Source of the DNA: Intoshia linei
Taxonomy: Eukaryota > Animalia > Orthonectida
Reading direction: 5' to 3'
Length of the DNA stretch: 64,000 nt
Assembly: GCA_001642005.1 (NCBI GenBank)
Contig: LWCA01000042.1
Location: 4,435 to 68,434 of the forward strand
Positions 1-13,010 of the stretch are shown here, piece after piece. Position 1 is the stretch's first letter; each line of letters begins with the position of its first letter. Below the pieces are notes generated by a model. It worked only from the letters and a program-made list of their open reading frames with translations, did not search any database and was not told where the DNA came from. The translations under genes were made by a program, and so were the position numbers.

Positions 1-1427
1 GGGGTTAGAAAAATAAATATTTACCTAAAATAATTTTTAAAATGGATTTGTCCATAAAAATTTGATATATAGCAAGTATTTCATTAAAACATTAGTTAAC
101 GATTGGAGCCGGAACCTCTTGTTGGTTCAAAATCATATTTCTGTAGTTCGTGAGATTTAAATAAAATATACAAACTTTTTATCAAATTTTGTTAATATTT
201 ATTAGACATTTGTCAGATGTTGGGAATATATCCAAAAGCCTAGAAGTACACTTATACAACACTTAATTGGAAAAATCCTTTTTTTCTAATATTTTTTTGA
301 AAAAAAACTTAATTTTTTGATAAATGTTTTATAATGCATGTTTCCTTTTGGGTCCAAAAAAATAAATATTTTGAAATGGCGGTATGTACAATATTTAATT
401 GGAAACCACTACATAGAAAGGATGTTCAAAATAGGTTTTTCTCAAATGTTTGCATAACACATTCATCAAAGTGGATTTATCTACAAAAATTTTGCTAAAA
501 TAAATTTTTTTCTTAAAGAATAGTTAAAAGTGGATATTACTCAAAGAATATGGTAAAAATAAATGTATTCCTAAAATAATGCTACAAAATAGATTTATAT
601 ACAAACATTTGGGAATTTAAACAAAAGGGATTTTCTCACTAAGAAATCACTGCGTTTTCTAAAAAAATTTGCTAAAAATAAATTTTTTTTTTATCCTTTA
701 AATAAATTAAATAAAATTGAAGACGTGCGTGTTAACGGTATATTAAAAAAATTAAGTCTTAGAATATAAAAAATTCAAAATATACTACAATTTTTTGCAG
801 GTGATGCATATATCTATGTTTTATTTTCGAAGTTGTGTCCTTTATAGTAAAAAACCCAATTTGCCCTTTTTTTGAGAATAAAATTAGCCCAAAAATTTCC
901 AAAAAAAAGTAAAAATTCAGGGTCGCGTTTAAAACCATTAACATTGTCGTACTCACTTATGGGATAACCAAATATTTCATTTTCTCAAATGATTTGCAAA
1001 ACATACATTACTTCACTAATATCATGATATAAAATAATTAATTTATTTTTTTCAGTCTTAGTATAAGATCATAAAAAAGTCGATTTTTCTCTCAATCTAA
1101 AGGCGGTACAAGTTGATGTACCTATAAATATTTGGTAAAAATAATATTCATAATTTATTCCTTACGCTATTATCGTATTTTACTCAAAAAATATGGTAAA
1201 AACAAATTATTTAATAATTATTTTAAAGTAAATTAATGTTTTTAAATTGATTTATCAGTAATAATTTGGTAAAAATCAATTTTCTCATAAAAATTATAAA
1301 TTGAATAGTAGTCAAAAGTGGATTTACTCAAAAATCTGCATTTTCGACGATTCCTCACAACATTCATTTTACGTTAAGAAAACATTTAAAAATTATATAG
1401 TTTTTTTATTTATATTGATTTAAAATA

Positions 1428-3020
1428 CAGTGCGCGACATAAGTCTTAGGCACCCTACACATTCTCATTAAAAACCACTATAAAGTTAATAAGGCGAATT
1501 TTAAACTTGAAATTAAATATCAGACTAATTAAAGAATTATCTCACCAATGTATAACCATGCTTATGTCATAAACTACCTATAAAAACATACATTTTAATA
1601 CGGTTTTGTTTGCGATATTAAAAATATTGACCACATAAGTCTTAGGCAGCTTGATAATTTCAATTAAAATTAATTAAATATCCATAAAAACGAAAAAGGT
1701 AATGAATTACTAATGATCTATTAATTAAAAATAACTATTTGTTTAGTAAATGACGCGAATAAGTGACAAAAAAGATATAATGCCGTGTCTTAATGCAAGG
1801 AAGAAAAAATTCAGGGTTTTATGAGTAAAACCTTTAGTATTTCTCGATGTTCGTTTCAAAATATTATTAAAAAATACAAAAAGCGTTTATACATAGATTA
1901 CTTGCCAAGATCAAATCGAAAACACATGCTAACAGCCAGAGAAGAGACTATTATAATAAAGGAATAAAAGAAAAACCCTTGCTTGACAGTATTAAAGGTT
2001 AAAATACACACCAGCATTACAAAAAAGCCTAGTTTAAAGACGGTGCAACCTGTGTTATATAGATTTGGATTATATATAAGAATTGCAAGTCGAAAACTGT
2101 TTCTTAAAAAATTTCACCGAACAAATCGTTTTAAAAGGTGTAAGTAAAAAGTGATATGGACAAACCAATGGAAAAATATAAGCTTCACTGATGAAAGTTG
2201 ATTTGAATTATTTACAAAAGGAAGAGTATACGTTCGAAAACGTAAAAAACAAAATTCTTATCAACGTACATAAGTAGAAGTATTACAAATACCCAGTAAA
2301 ATATGATTTGGGTGGTATTAGGGCAAATGCAAAAAGAGTATTAATAAAGTGTATGGGAGAAATAAATGCTCAAGAATATCAGAGAATCCTTAGAAAAGCA
2401 AACAAATAACATTTTTGGATGAATTGAATAAACATCAAGATTGTGAACCGTGTCAAACAGCAAAGACAACCCGTCCATTTATAAGGGGTAATCGTATAAA
2501 ATAATTAAAAGATTGACCGATACAAAGTCCAGATTTAAACATTATTGAAGACATGTCAAAAATTTGAAAGAAACCGTTTATAAGCTATACCCAGTCAACT
2601 TAGAAGAACTATGGAGATATATACACGACGAATGGGACCGCGTACCTCTAGAAACTATTCAAGGTTTGTATGCCTCATTGCCCAGAAGAATTGTATCAGT
2701 TATACAAAATAAAGGATGAAATACTAAATATTAGTAATTTTATATATATTTATCTAATATTTTCATTTAATTAACATAATTAATTGTATTATTTTATAGG
2801 TGCCTAAGACTTATGTCGCTTGGAATTTTGCAATTTTAATTAAAAATACCTATATTTCATTAATTATTAAATTTTTTTTATAGTTTTTACTTTTTTAAGG
2901 TTGTTAAATATTTGTTCTTAATGATACACTAGATATGATATAAGAAAATGTCTTAAATCATGAAACAGGAATGTTTAAATTAATTACAGTTGAAATGCCT
3001 AAGACTTATGTCGGGCACTG
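1428..3020 (+). mobile_element. Full-length but decayed Tc1-family DNA transposon
   Basis: 25-bp TIRs (cagtgcgcgacataagtcttaggca at 1428; tgcctaagacttatgtcgggcactg ending 3020, 1 mismatch) flanked by TA on both sides. Internal degenerate transposase (~1750-2733) with (W>stop)PIQSPDLNIIE and a C-terminal EWDRVPLETIQGLYASLPRRIVSVIQNKG*NTKY typical of Tc1 DD34E enzymes. Confidence 0.93.
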
Positions 3021-3049
3021 TAGACCATTTGACCGTGTATATTACTGTA

Positions 3050-3750
3050 TATGGGATATTAAACATTGCTAAGTACTAAATATACAAGTATGTTATAATA
3101 AAAATAAATACATCAGATTCATTTGAAATTTGCCGGGTGTTATTTAACTCAAAAGTAGTATATTGGTTTTCAACAATATTAGGTATTTTTTCTTGTTGTG
3201 TCAAGCTACAATAAAATAATGATACAATTTAAAACAAAAAAACTCATTAATAGAATTATCTAATTTAGAAGCTTCTAAATCCAAACTAGAATATCTGTCA
3301 ATAATGCTTGAAGTATTGGCTGAACCATCTTTAATAGAACTGCTAGTTTCTGTTTTATTTTCATCTACATACATGGGATCAAATCGAGTCAAAATTGACT
3401 GTCTAGGCATATTAGCATTTTTCTAAAACAATTTAAATTCACCAATTTGATCATTTACTTTTTGAACACAAAGATTTTTCCATTTACCCGATGTATCATT
3501 TACTAAAAAATAAAATTAAACTATTAAACAAACATTTAAAATTTTATTGATTCAAGTTCAATAATTTCAGTATAATAATTATTACTATTCATTTTAAATG
3601 CCATTAAAATTAAAAATCAATAAATTACCTTCTTTAGGCGAAAATGTTTCATTTTGTAATTTTTGATAATTTTCATTTTCTTTTTGTGTATAATTTACTG
3701 AATCATCAAAATTTATTAAATTTTCTGGTTCCATGTATGAATTTTTCATT
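3050..3750 (-). CDS. 5' exons of a multi-exon gene of unknown function (possible TACC-like motif)
   Basis: Short open segments separated by ~35-45 nt GT-AG introns (MKNSYMEPENLINFDD..., MPRQSILTRFDPMYVDENK..., LTQQEKIPNIVENQY...). Downstream exons not identified; the Tc1 element probably lies in its intron. Confidence 0.4.
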
Positions 3751-4355
3751 TCAATGTCTGATATTGTTATTATAAATGTTACATTTTATTTATAATTTAC
3801 GAAAATTAATTTATTAGTATCATGGTGTGATACCATGTGTATTTCCAGTTGATGTACAAATTTCGATACACTGCATTTAGCGCGAAATGTTATGAAAATA
3901 TCTTTATTTATTTACATTTTTGATAAAATAATGAAAATAAATAATGTTGATATTTTATTGAAGTGGATTTGGCGGTTGAATATATGAGTCTAACTATATA
4001 ATTTAGTACAAAATGATGAAAATATTATTCAATAACTAATTAATTTTTTTTTATGTTATTCTCGCAAGTTTATAAATTGTTTGGTTTGACAATGAAGACG
4101 TTTACTTTAGTTAAAGTGGCCAGTAAAATACGTACTATCACTTTTAGTTTATTTTGAATAAATTTTAAGCCCAAAATTTTTATTCGTCATCATAGATAAG
4201 TAGTTTTGGCTTTAAATATTTAAATTTCATTAAACAGTTTAAAGTAAAACTTTATTTATATTTTATTAATTTATAATAAAATAAAGTTGTGCTCATCTTA
4301 ATTATATCGTAAAAAAACAATAACCTTGTTATAATTTTTATTTTGATTGGCATAA

Positions 4356-4915
4356 ATGCAGGTTGAAGGAATAGACAAATTTATACAGGATAATTGTGAT
4401 TGCAAATACATATTGATCGAATCGACATGTAGATTCACAAAAGAAAAAAAATTGTACGTTAGATTTAACACGGAGAAATTTTATCACTGTAAATTTAAAT
4501 TTTATCAATATCGCGATTACGTACACAATTTTCCGGAATTTTTTTTTCCATCTATCATGATAATAAAAATGTATCAAATTTTCAAGATTCTTAAAAAATT
4601 TTTTCAGAATACACCCTAAAAGTGAATCATTTTTAAAAATCACGTGGTGTAAAATAAACTATTTTTATTATTAGACGAAATATTTGATGATTTTGATGAA
4701 ACAAATGACAAGGCTACAAATAAATGTTTAGGAGGTGGATATCTCAAAGGAGACAATGAAAGCAATTCGCTACATATTTATGGAATTTCCATAGTAAATT
4801 ATCCTTATTATATCTAGATTAAATATTGTAGGGATACGGGAAGGCTAATCACAGTGTTACCAGTGATTTAATTAAACAATACTATTCTCAGTATACAATA
4901 ATAATTGATGATTAA
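4356..4915 (+). CDS. PHPT1: Janus/Ocnus family 14-kDa phosphohistidine phosphatase (3 exons: 4356-4488, 4675-4793, 4832-4915)
   Basis: Spliced protein ...CKYILIE...LYVRFNTEKFYHYEIFDD...KCLGGGYL...LHIYGISIGYGKANHSVTSDLIKQYYSQY matches PHPT1 motifs (FKYVLIRV, IVRG..AEYH, CLGGGRI, IHVYGYS..YGPAQH). GT-AG junctions are in frame. Confidence 0.85.
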
Positions 4916-5038
4916 CAATATTAATGAATTATATACAATTTAATCTCATCTTTGTGTTAACGACAGTTTGTATCATTTTCAGTTAAAATTAAATATTCTT
5001 ATCTTACTTTACTTTAAAAAAAATTTTTCTACAAAGCA

Positions 5039-5239
5039 ATGGACATTGATACCACCAACGAAGAAATTGCATTAATTATAAATGAAAAGACACCGTTAAG
5101 AAAGAAGATATCAAAAAATTGTATTTCAGGAATGTCAACAACTGGTCAAATAATATGCGCAATCTTTCCCTTTTTGTGTTTTGGTTACTCAATTTTTGTG
5201 TTAATTTACATGTACGGTTATAATAAATATATGCTTTAA
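5039..5239 (+). CDS. Possible small single-pass membrane protein (66 aa)
   Basis: ATG-initiated ORF with a hydrophilic N-terminus (EKTPL) and a C-terminal hydrophobic segment. No family recognised. Confidence 0.3.
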   Translation: MDIDTTNEEIALIINEKTPLRKKISKNCISGMSTTGQIICAIFPFLCFGYSIFVLIYMYGYNKYML

Positions 5240-8200
5240 TTTACCTGGTAGAGTAAACGTAGATTTATCGTATGGTACATGATTTGAAAGTAATTGATTA
5301 ATGTTTTGTGAATATTTTTCTTTGTTTTCAACAATTTCCTGTGCTAAAAGATGATATTCATTTTGTGAATTATCTTGTAATTTATTTTCTGAATCTGATG
5401 CGTAGAAATTACTAATATCGTTTTTTATTTTTTTATTTATACCGTTACTCATATCTTCATCTTGTCCTCGGTAATTTTCATGAAAATCTTTTTCAAATTG
5501 ATCATTTATTTTAATTTTTGAATTAATGTTGGTGTCCGAATCCAAAACTAATTTAAAAGATTTATCTATGACTGACTTGGAATTCATCGTTTCGTCATTA
5601 CTAGCAATGTCATTTTGATAGTCTTGATAAACACTGCTCTCTGTCAATTCATGAGAGTGAATTCTATTTATATCTTTATCAGTATATTCAATATTGGATG
5701 CATTTTCAAAATCACTTTTTTTTGAATTTGTCCAAGAGTTATTATTGCTACTTACGATGTAACTTGCATTTCCTTTGTGTATTGTATAACTACAATTTGA
5801 ACCATTTTCGTCTTGTCTGTTTACCCAGTCATAATGACTTTCATCAGTTTCCCAATTTATACTTGCGGGGACTATTTCTTGTGTATTCTCGTAAGGTTCT
5901 ATAATGTAACTTGCATTACTTTTTTCTTCGCTAGATGTAATTGTATAACTTTTATCATCTCTAGGTATTTTTTCTGTTTTATAAAAAAATGTTTTCTTTG
6001 AATTATTTTCACAAGCTAAACTGTAGTCTTCGTCTTCCGAATTAGGCATACCTATTTTTGAAATTAAATATATTAATTTTGTGGAATGGGTTTGTAATAG
6101 TGTTCATTTTAATGATTGAAAGATTTACACCTTGAAAAATTATTCAATTAACAGTACACTTGTGTATATAAAAAAAATTTTTTACCTCACTTTAAAAATG
6201 CTAGAGTAGGTGGATCACTTTTTCCCAGATCCCTTGGGCGCACTTGGAACTAATTAAAAAAAGATATGCATACAAAGCAAATAATATATATTAAGCATTT
6301 TAAATAAGTTACATATCTATTAAAATACTTTACTAGTGTATAAAATTTTGCAAATCTAAGATAAAAATTTGTTATTTCGATACAAACTTAAAAAAATTTG
6401 ATGGAACAGATCGTAACTGAAGTGGTTTACAGCTCGTTATCAATTTTGATTTGGAATATATTAAATTTGATAGGCCCCATTAGTGCGCCCGCCGCAGAGA
6501 TTGAGAAATATTAAGGTAAGGGAACACTTGCGAAATTTGAATATTTCTAAAACCAAAGTTAGATTTTCAACGTTAACTTATTTTTTAAGTATAATAAAAA
6601 TGTGCCCTCGGCAGAGCTAGGTTCTGTTTGTACGTAGTACATAACAGTCCACCTAGTTATTGTATATTTCTTGTGAAACACAAATTGTTACAATATTAAA
6701 AAATTTAAATTATCATGTAAATTTAAATTAAATTTGAAAATCGATGGAACTTTAAAGTTTAATTTAAAAACTTTTTAAATCAAGTTTATTAACAAGTTTA
6801 ATTTATTTTAAATTTTAAACTTGTTTCTCTATATTAATCAAAATCATATGAATTTTACTGTAATGTACGATTTAGGTGTATTATTTATAAAACATTTTTA
6901 TAGATTAACTTAAGATTGATTAACGGGTTAGCCCAGTTGTTCCCAAAGTTTTTCCACCATGGATCACTTGTCACACAATAATTTCCTTAATCCTGAACAC
7001 GTCATTAATTTAATATTTATATTTTATTACATAAATATTCACAATGTATATATTCCTCCTTAAATCACAAATTTTACATTACTTTTGACATGGTAGCTTC
7101 AATAGCGTAATTAAAAAATTATTAATTCAAACATACTTATGGCGATCTATTAGTCCCGAACCTATTGTATTCGAGATCCTTCTATTGAGGGATCTCGACG
7201 AAATTTTTTTTAAATGGTGTCTTTAATTTGTTAAATTGAGCATTAAAAAAATTCTTGAATATCAACCAATTTGTGTGATAAATTTAAAATCTCAACTCAA
7301 GATTATAAATTTCATAGATATTAGGATGGTTATATGCATTTAAACATTTATATATGACTGCATATATAGTCATTACCAGTTTACACACTTTTGCGTATCT
7401 CAAAGCCTTATAAATTATGTATATTTTTAAAAAATCCAAATTTTTCGCCAGGTATACAGGTCGATAACTAATGGGTTAAGTTGATATTTGATATAAACGT
7501 ACCTCGTTTGCTATCACGGTATTTTTTACTACTATTACTTATGACAAATGATGTTTTTTCAGTTTCTGACTGTAAATCAGATTTAATCGACTTGTAATTC
7601 TTTTCATGATTGTATGATGTATCTAAAATATAGTACTAAGTATATTACTGTATTAGTATAGTTGACCACAAATTGTTTGAATTTAAATATAATTTTCATT
7701 TTTGATGAATATTGAATTTTCCCCTTTCCATTCACACTTATTATAATAATAATAATTATTCGCGTATGGATGTGAAAATAATGTAATTTATATACAGTCT
7801 AATATCATATCATATGAAGAGTTTCAAATCTGGAGGTTTATAACATTTTGGTGGCAATATAAATTGAAATAATTTATATTTTTTACGGGGAATGCGTAGA
7901 TTTCTGGATTACTTTTTTGTCTATATCAAGTTTATATTGTTAACTGGAACAAGCTGCGCCAGAATAATCTTTTTTTTAAATTCTAGAATTCAATATTTCA
8001 AATTTCTTGTTTTATTATTAATAAAATAGATACCAATAAAAAAATGCATTCCAAAGTGTTTTTTCACAGTGAAGGTATCACTCTGTCAGATTGAAATTTT
8101 TTATGTGTGTTAACTGGATATCACTGTATCAGTTGTATTTTTTTTAAATTTTAGGACTAATCATTAAAAAAAAAGTAATATGGGGTTTTGATAGTGAAAA

Positions 8201-10870
8201 TTATCTTTTGTGAGGTTGCCATTTATGATAATGCTTATGATTTTAAAAAATATCCAGAATTTATGTTTTATAAAATTATAGGACATTTTTCATTTTTAAA
8301 ATAAAGAGTAATTTGAGTCTTGATTTAGATCATGAAGGTATGCGTTTCTTATGCTCAGATTTAAGAAAATGTTAATAATTTTAAAACGCGTCTTTTTAAA
8401 TTTAAAATCGCAGAATTTATGATTTTTTTAATTTTAAATTGTATTTATCTTTAAAAAAAATGGCAAATTAGGTTTTTGACCATGAATGTCTCAATTTCGA
8501 AGAATAAAACATAAATATAAACATCATTCGCAAAAAACTGTATTCGAAATTGGGTTTTTATAAATTTTACAATAGTTAATTTTTCAAATAATAAGTAACA
8601 GACAGACACACATTCAATCCTAACTTATATAATATGCTACGCGATTTTTGTTTGTGTGTGTGTGTCTGTGTGTCCAGCTTTAGTTAAATAACTACCCGTC
8701 TTAGAATTTTATAAAGTCCACATTTCAATTACAGTTTTTTCCGGCGGTGTTCGCAAAATAAATTTCAACCTCCCAAACTCAGATCTTACGGGTCAAAAAT
8801 TCCAATTATCCCTTTTTTTGAAAATTAAACGTTTTGGAGAATTTAAAAAAATTATATCTTCAGGGCCAAAACCACAAATTCCCTTCCTTTTTTTTTGGAA
8901 AACAGCCCTAGAATTTAAAAAAAATAACAGGTTGTACAGTTGTATCCTGTTAACACACACAGAAAATTTCAATTTGAATAAGTGACGCCTTCACGGTCAA
9001 AAAAGCATTTTAGTATTCATATATTTTTTCTGGAAATAATATTCCTTCAAAAGATTGATAATAGTGAATAGTACAATTTTTAAGTTAAATTTTCAACGTG
9101 AATTTATATTTTTGGTAGAATAAAAATGTGACCTCAGCAGAGCTAGGTGCTGTTTGTAAGTAGTATATAACAGTCAACCTAGTCTTATATAAAACTTTAT
9201 TCAACGCTTATTTTTTATTTACCCAGTTTAAGAACGAATTGAAAAAGTGGGATATAATATTTAACTGGCTGCGAACTCTGCATTTAAACGTACTAAACTA
9301 TGTGTTCCTGTGAATAAATAAAAGTGTGAGTATTTACACTTATTTTCATCGCTATCAGAGTCCATATGCTTAATATTGCTCACATCATCTAGAAGCGACT
9401 TTACTATATATAAATTTAATAGTGAAATAAAATAAAATATGCTTATTACTGTTTGATGATCTCTTATTTGAAATGTTATTTGTATTTGAATTATTTGTCG
9501 TCAATTGGTTAATGTAATCGTCTAGTAATTTCTCTTTGTTTCCAGATTGATTTAATGGTTGTAAATTACCTAATTAAACTTTTATGAATATAAATATATA
9601 GAATGATATTTCAATTTATGTCATAAAAATAGAACAACATTTAGGAAATCGATACAATAAACTCATTAAATTACCTATAAACGTAAGACACCGTGATTTT
9701 GCCCTTGATTTATTGTCCCTTTTAGTGTGTCTCTTTTTTATACCTAAAACAAACGTTTATATCATAATTGTCTGTCATTACTTTTGTTTGTGTTACCATT
9801 TCTTTCACGGTTTATATCTAAATTTCAAATTAATTAAGTTAAAAATTAATATTACTAAAAAATGATTCAACTTCATCTTCTTCCCCTAAATTATTTTCAT
9901 GTAATTTCAATTATAGATTATATACCAGATATTTTTTTGTAACTATACTTAGTTTTTCGCTGCCTTTTTGTTGCATATTGAGGCCTCATTTCCATATTGT
10001 TTTCTAATAACTGCATTGAATCATTTTTTGTTTTTATTGGAATCGGAACCTTTGAATATAAATGATAAAGTATCATTGATAATATTTGAAATAATAAAAA
10101 ATTAATTAAATTTCGTTACAAGTTATAACATTTCGACAATATTTTATCTACAATTGACTGTATAGATTTTTTAGTTGGGTAATCCTATTTATCGCTGTAA
10201 ATTAGATTTTGGAAGAATTAATTTTATTGACAGGGGGACCAAGGTATGAAAACATTTTAATATAATTAATCAATTTGTATTATATGCTGTTTTGATGGTT
10301 ACAGTGTGTCTATATCTTTAAATTTAAAAAAAATTCGAAAATTATGCAAATCCCAACATTGTCAAACGAAAGACAACCCTATATGGAAATTAAAATATTC
10401 CTTCTTCAATGGGTATCATTATTCTTTTTAATAAAAAATTTATAAAGTACATTATGTAAAGTATATTATAAATTTATTCTTTTAAATATTTATGATGTTA
10501 TTGTATTTTAATTCATTATTTACAAAAAATGGAAAACAATAAATACGTTAAGATACCTGCCCTGGTGATGCAATGACTAATTTTGAACCAATTTTTTCTT
10601 TTAGTAAGTCGAAAGCACTTTTTTGAGTCATTGACTGATTTTATTTAATAAATTCAAATTGATTTTATTAGTACTGATGTTTATTATACTATTTATTAAC
10701 AGTGTAAATAAATAAAACATAATGTTGAATATTGTGTATTACATGTAGATATTACATCCATATTCTTTTTTATTTAAATTATGAGTACATGGTCATTTGT
10801 TTCATTTACATTTTTTTTAATATTATTTCCTTCAAATAGAAATTGTATATGATGGATGATTAGCTGGCAT
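5201..10870 (-). CDS. Multi-exon gene of unknown function; large low-complexity (N/S/D/E-rich) exon 5201-6051, small upstream exons ~9450-10870
   Basis: 282-aa open frame preceded by an acceptor (tag at 6052-6054). Upstream GT-AG-bounded open segments include GNLQPLNQSGNKEKLLDDYINQ (~9450-9569), GIKKRHTKRDNKSRAKSRCLTF (~9675-9743) and NQSMTQKSAFDLLKEKIGSKLVIASPGQ (~10558-10640). The 5' end is not resolved. Confidence 0.5.
7790..8617 (-). mobile_element. Non-autonomous Helitron-family copy (interrupted by the copy at 8618)
   Basis: Reverse-complement similarity to the family body (e.g. gaatgcgtagatttc, ttttgaccatgaa, acagacagacac near the 5' end). Confidence 0.7.
8618..9182 (+). mobile_element. 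Complete non-autonomous Helitron
   Basis: Starts A|TCCTAACTTATATAA followed by a GT microsatellite. Ends with a subterminal hairpin (ctgtttgta..agtatataacag) then CTAG|T. Insertion is between A and T with no TSD. Confidence 0.85.
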
Positions 10871-11864
10871 TAAAACACATTATGATTAGCAAATTTAAAT
10901 ATCACATGCATAAGAAATTTTTAAATTAGCTGGTAACAACTGTACATTACTCCTATCTTAATTTATGATTGATATTGATTATACCGCAAAAATCATTAAT
11001 AGTTTCATTATATGTTTGTTTATATTTTCAAAAATTACGAAAATAGTGTCAGATATATCGATAATTATAATTAGACTAATATGTCAATCCAATTACTTTT
11101 TTTAGAGATTATTTATATGGCTATACCATTATGCAATTAATTTGTAAATGAAATATAGATAATTTAATTTATTAGATTTGATCAATGACCAATTATTTTT
11201 AATAATGAAAGCAGTCCATTTTTATTATCCATCAATTAATCAAAATTTTAATAAAAATTCCAACTTATATAAACTCTTAGTTTGTCTCTGTGTCAATGTG
11301 TCATCGTTTATTTAAATGGCTAAGAGTCTTAGAATTTTAATAAACACAAATTCCAAGTCAGTTTTTTCTGGGGAAGAAGTAATATAAATTTCAACCTCCG
11401 AAACTTACATCATACCGGTCTAAAAATCAAATTATCCTTTTTTTTAAATTAATTTTAAAGTGTGATTTTAAGGAAATTTTTTTGTACCATATTTTAAACA
11501 TGGTTCCAGTATTACATTTTAAAATTTAAATAAAATCAAACGAGACCTAAAATTGCTTAAAATTTACAACTGGTGAAAAGCAAATGTTTTTACATTAACA
11601 TTTTAAAAAATTTGGTCTTATATTAATTAAAATGTAATTTAATGAAGGTTTTAAACATTCTATATGATGTTTCTTAGTCGTTTATTTCTATAATTATAAT
11701 TGTAGTTATATAAATTTATTCTTGGTTATTTTTTGTAATGAAAAGATAAACAAAACTCACACAAATACAATGTAATACGATTCAAAACCATTTAGAATCG
11801 CATCGGCATCAGAATCGTTGAAAATTTAAGAAATTTTGTGGCATCACTAATTTGATCATGTTAA

Positions 11865-12345
11865 TCCTTGACTTACATGTATATAAATATGAATGTCTGT
11901 GTGTATTTGTGTGTGTAACCATTTATTGAAAAAATAGACTGTCGCATGATTTAAAAAATCCGATTTTCTAATACCGTTTTATCTATTTTTCACTTTCAGA
12001 ATTTGAGTCCTTCATGGTTAAAACCACAAATTACCCTTTGTTTTAAAAATAAAACATGTCCTAAAATTTTTTTAAACATAAATTCTGGGATAGTTTTTAA
12101 AATCATAAACATTATCAAAAATAAAAACCCTTAAAAAAAATATATCTTCAGGGCCAAAACCCCGAAATTACCATTTTTTTTTAAAATGAAAACAGCTCTA
12201 GAATTTAAACAAAATTACAGGTGGTACAGTTGTTATCTTTTAAAATACACAAACAAATTCAATCTGAATAAGTGACGCCTCCACGGTCAAAAAAGTACTT
12301 TAGTATTCATATATTTTTTTTCGAAATATTTTATTTATAAAATAT
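11865..12345 (+). mobile_element. Helitron-family copy, 3' truncated by a Tigger element
   Basis: A|TCCTTGACTT... 5' end, GT microsatellite, and family body (ttcacggtcaaaaaag-like motifs). Confidence 0.7.
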
Positions 12346-12348
12346 ATA

Positions 12349-13010
12349 CAGTATAACCTCTGTTATTCGCTCATTCCGTTATTTTTCCAAAATTTCTCAT
12401 AAAAAATATCAAATTTTATATGTAATAAATTCAATTTTTTATTTTATAATCGTTTCATATAACTAACTAATTAACAAGTAAATAATTATGTGATTAAATA
12501 ACTAATCTAACCAATATAACCGACTTTGATAATCGACAACATCAATTAAAATTAATTTATTTACTTAATTTAAAAGAATGAAATACACTCGATTAACTAA
12601 CGAAGAAAAATGCAGAATCATAAAATATTCACAAGAAAATATATTATGTTCCCATAATCAATTGTCACGTATTTTCTCGACCATATTAAAAAAAATTATA
12701 AAAAAGAGATCAATAACTGATTATTTAAAAAGCAAGGTAGAAGTGTACATAGGATATCTGAAGGAAGTGGGGATTTAAAAAGAGATTATACATTAAAATA
12801 TGATGATGTAGAACGCAAATTATTGATTTGGATTGAAAAATTAGAAATGAAAGAAATGATATTAACTGATTTGATATTAGTGGAAAAGACGAAAATTTTG
12901 GTACAAGAAAATAACATAACAGACTTAAAATGTTCGCAAGGGTGGCTAGATAAGTTTAAGAGAAAAAACGCTTTAAACTTTAAATTATTTGAAATAATTA
13001 ACCGTTCGAA
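12349..13010 (+). mobile_element. pogo/Tigger transposon 5' fragment (CENP-B-type HTH), frameshifted
   Basis: TA|CAGTATAACCTC end. Translations MKYTRLTNEEKCRII... and YDDVERKLLIWIE...LVEKTK...LKCSQGWLDKFKRK resemble HTH_psq/HTH_Tnp_Tc5 domains. Confidence 0.8.

Noticed and set aside
1-1340. Recurrent aaagtggattt.../ggtaaaaataaat motifs
   Set aside because: Diverged AT-rich repeat with irregular spacing. Not a CRISPR array, and no defined element ends found.
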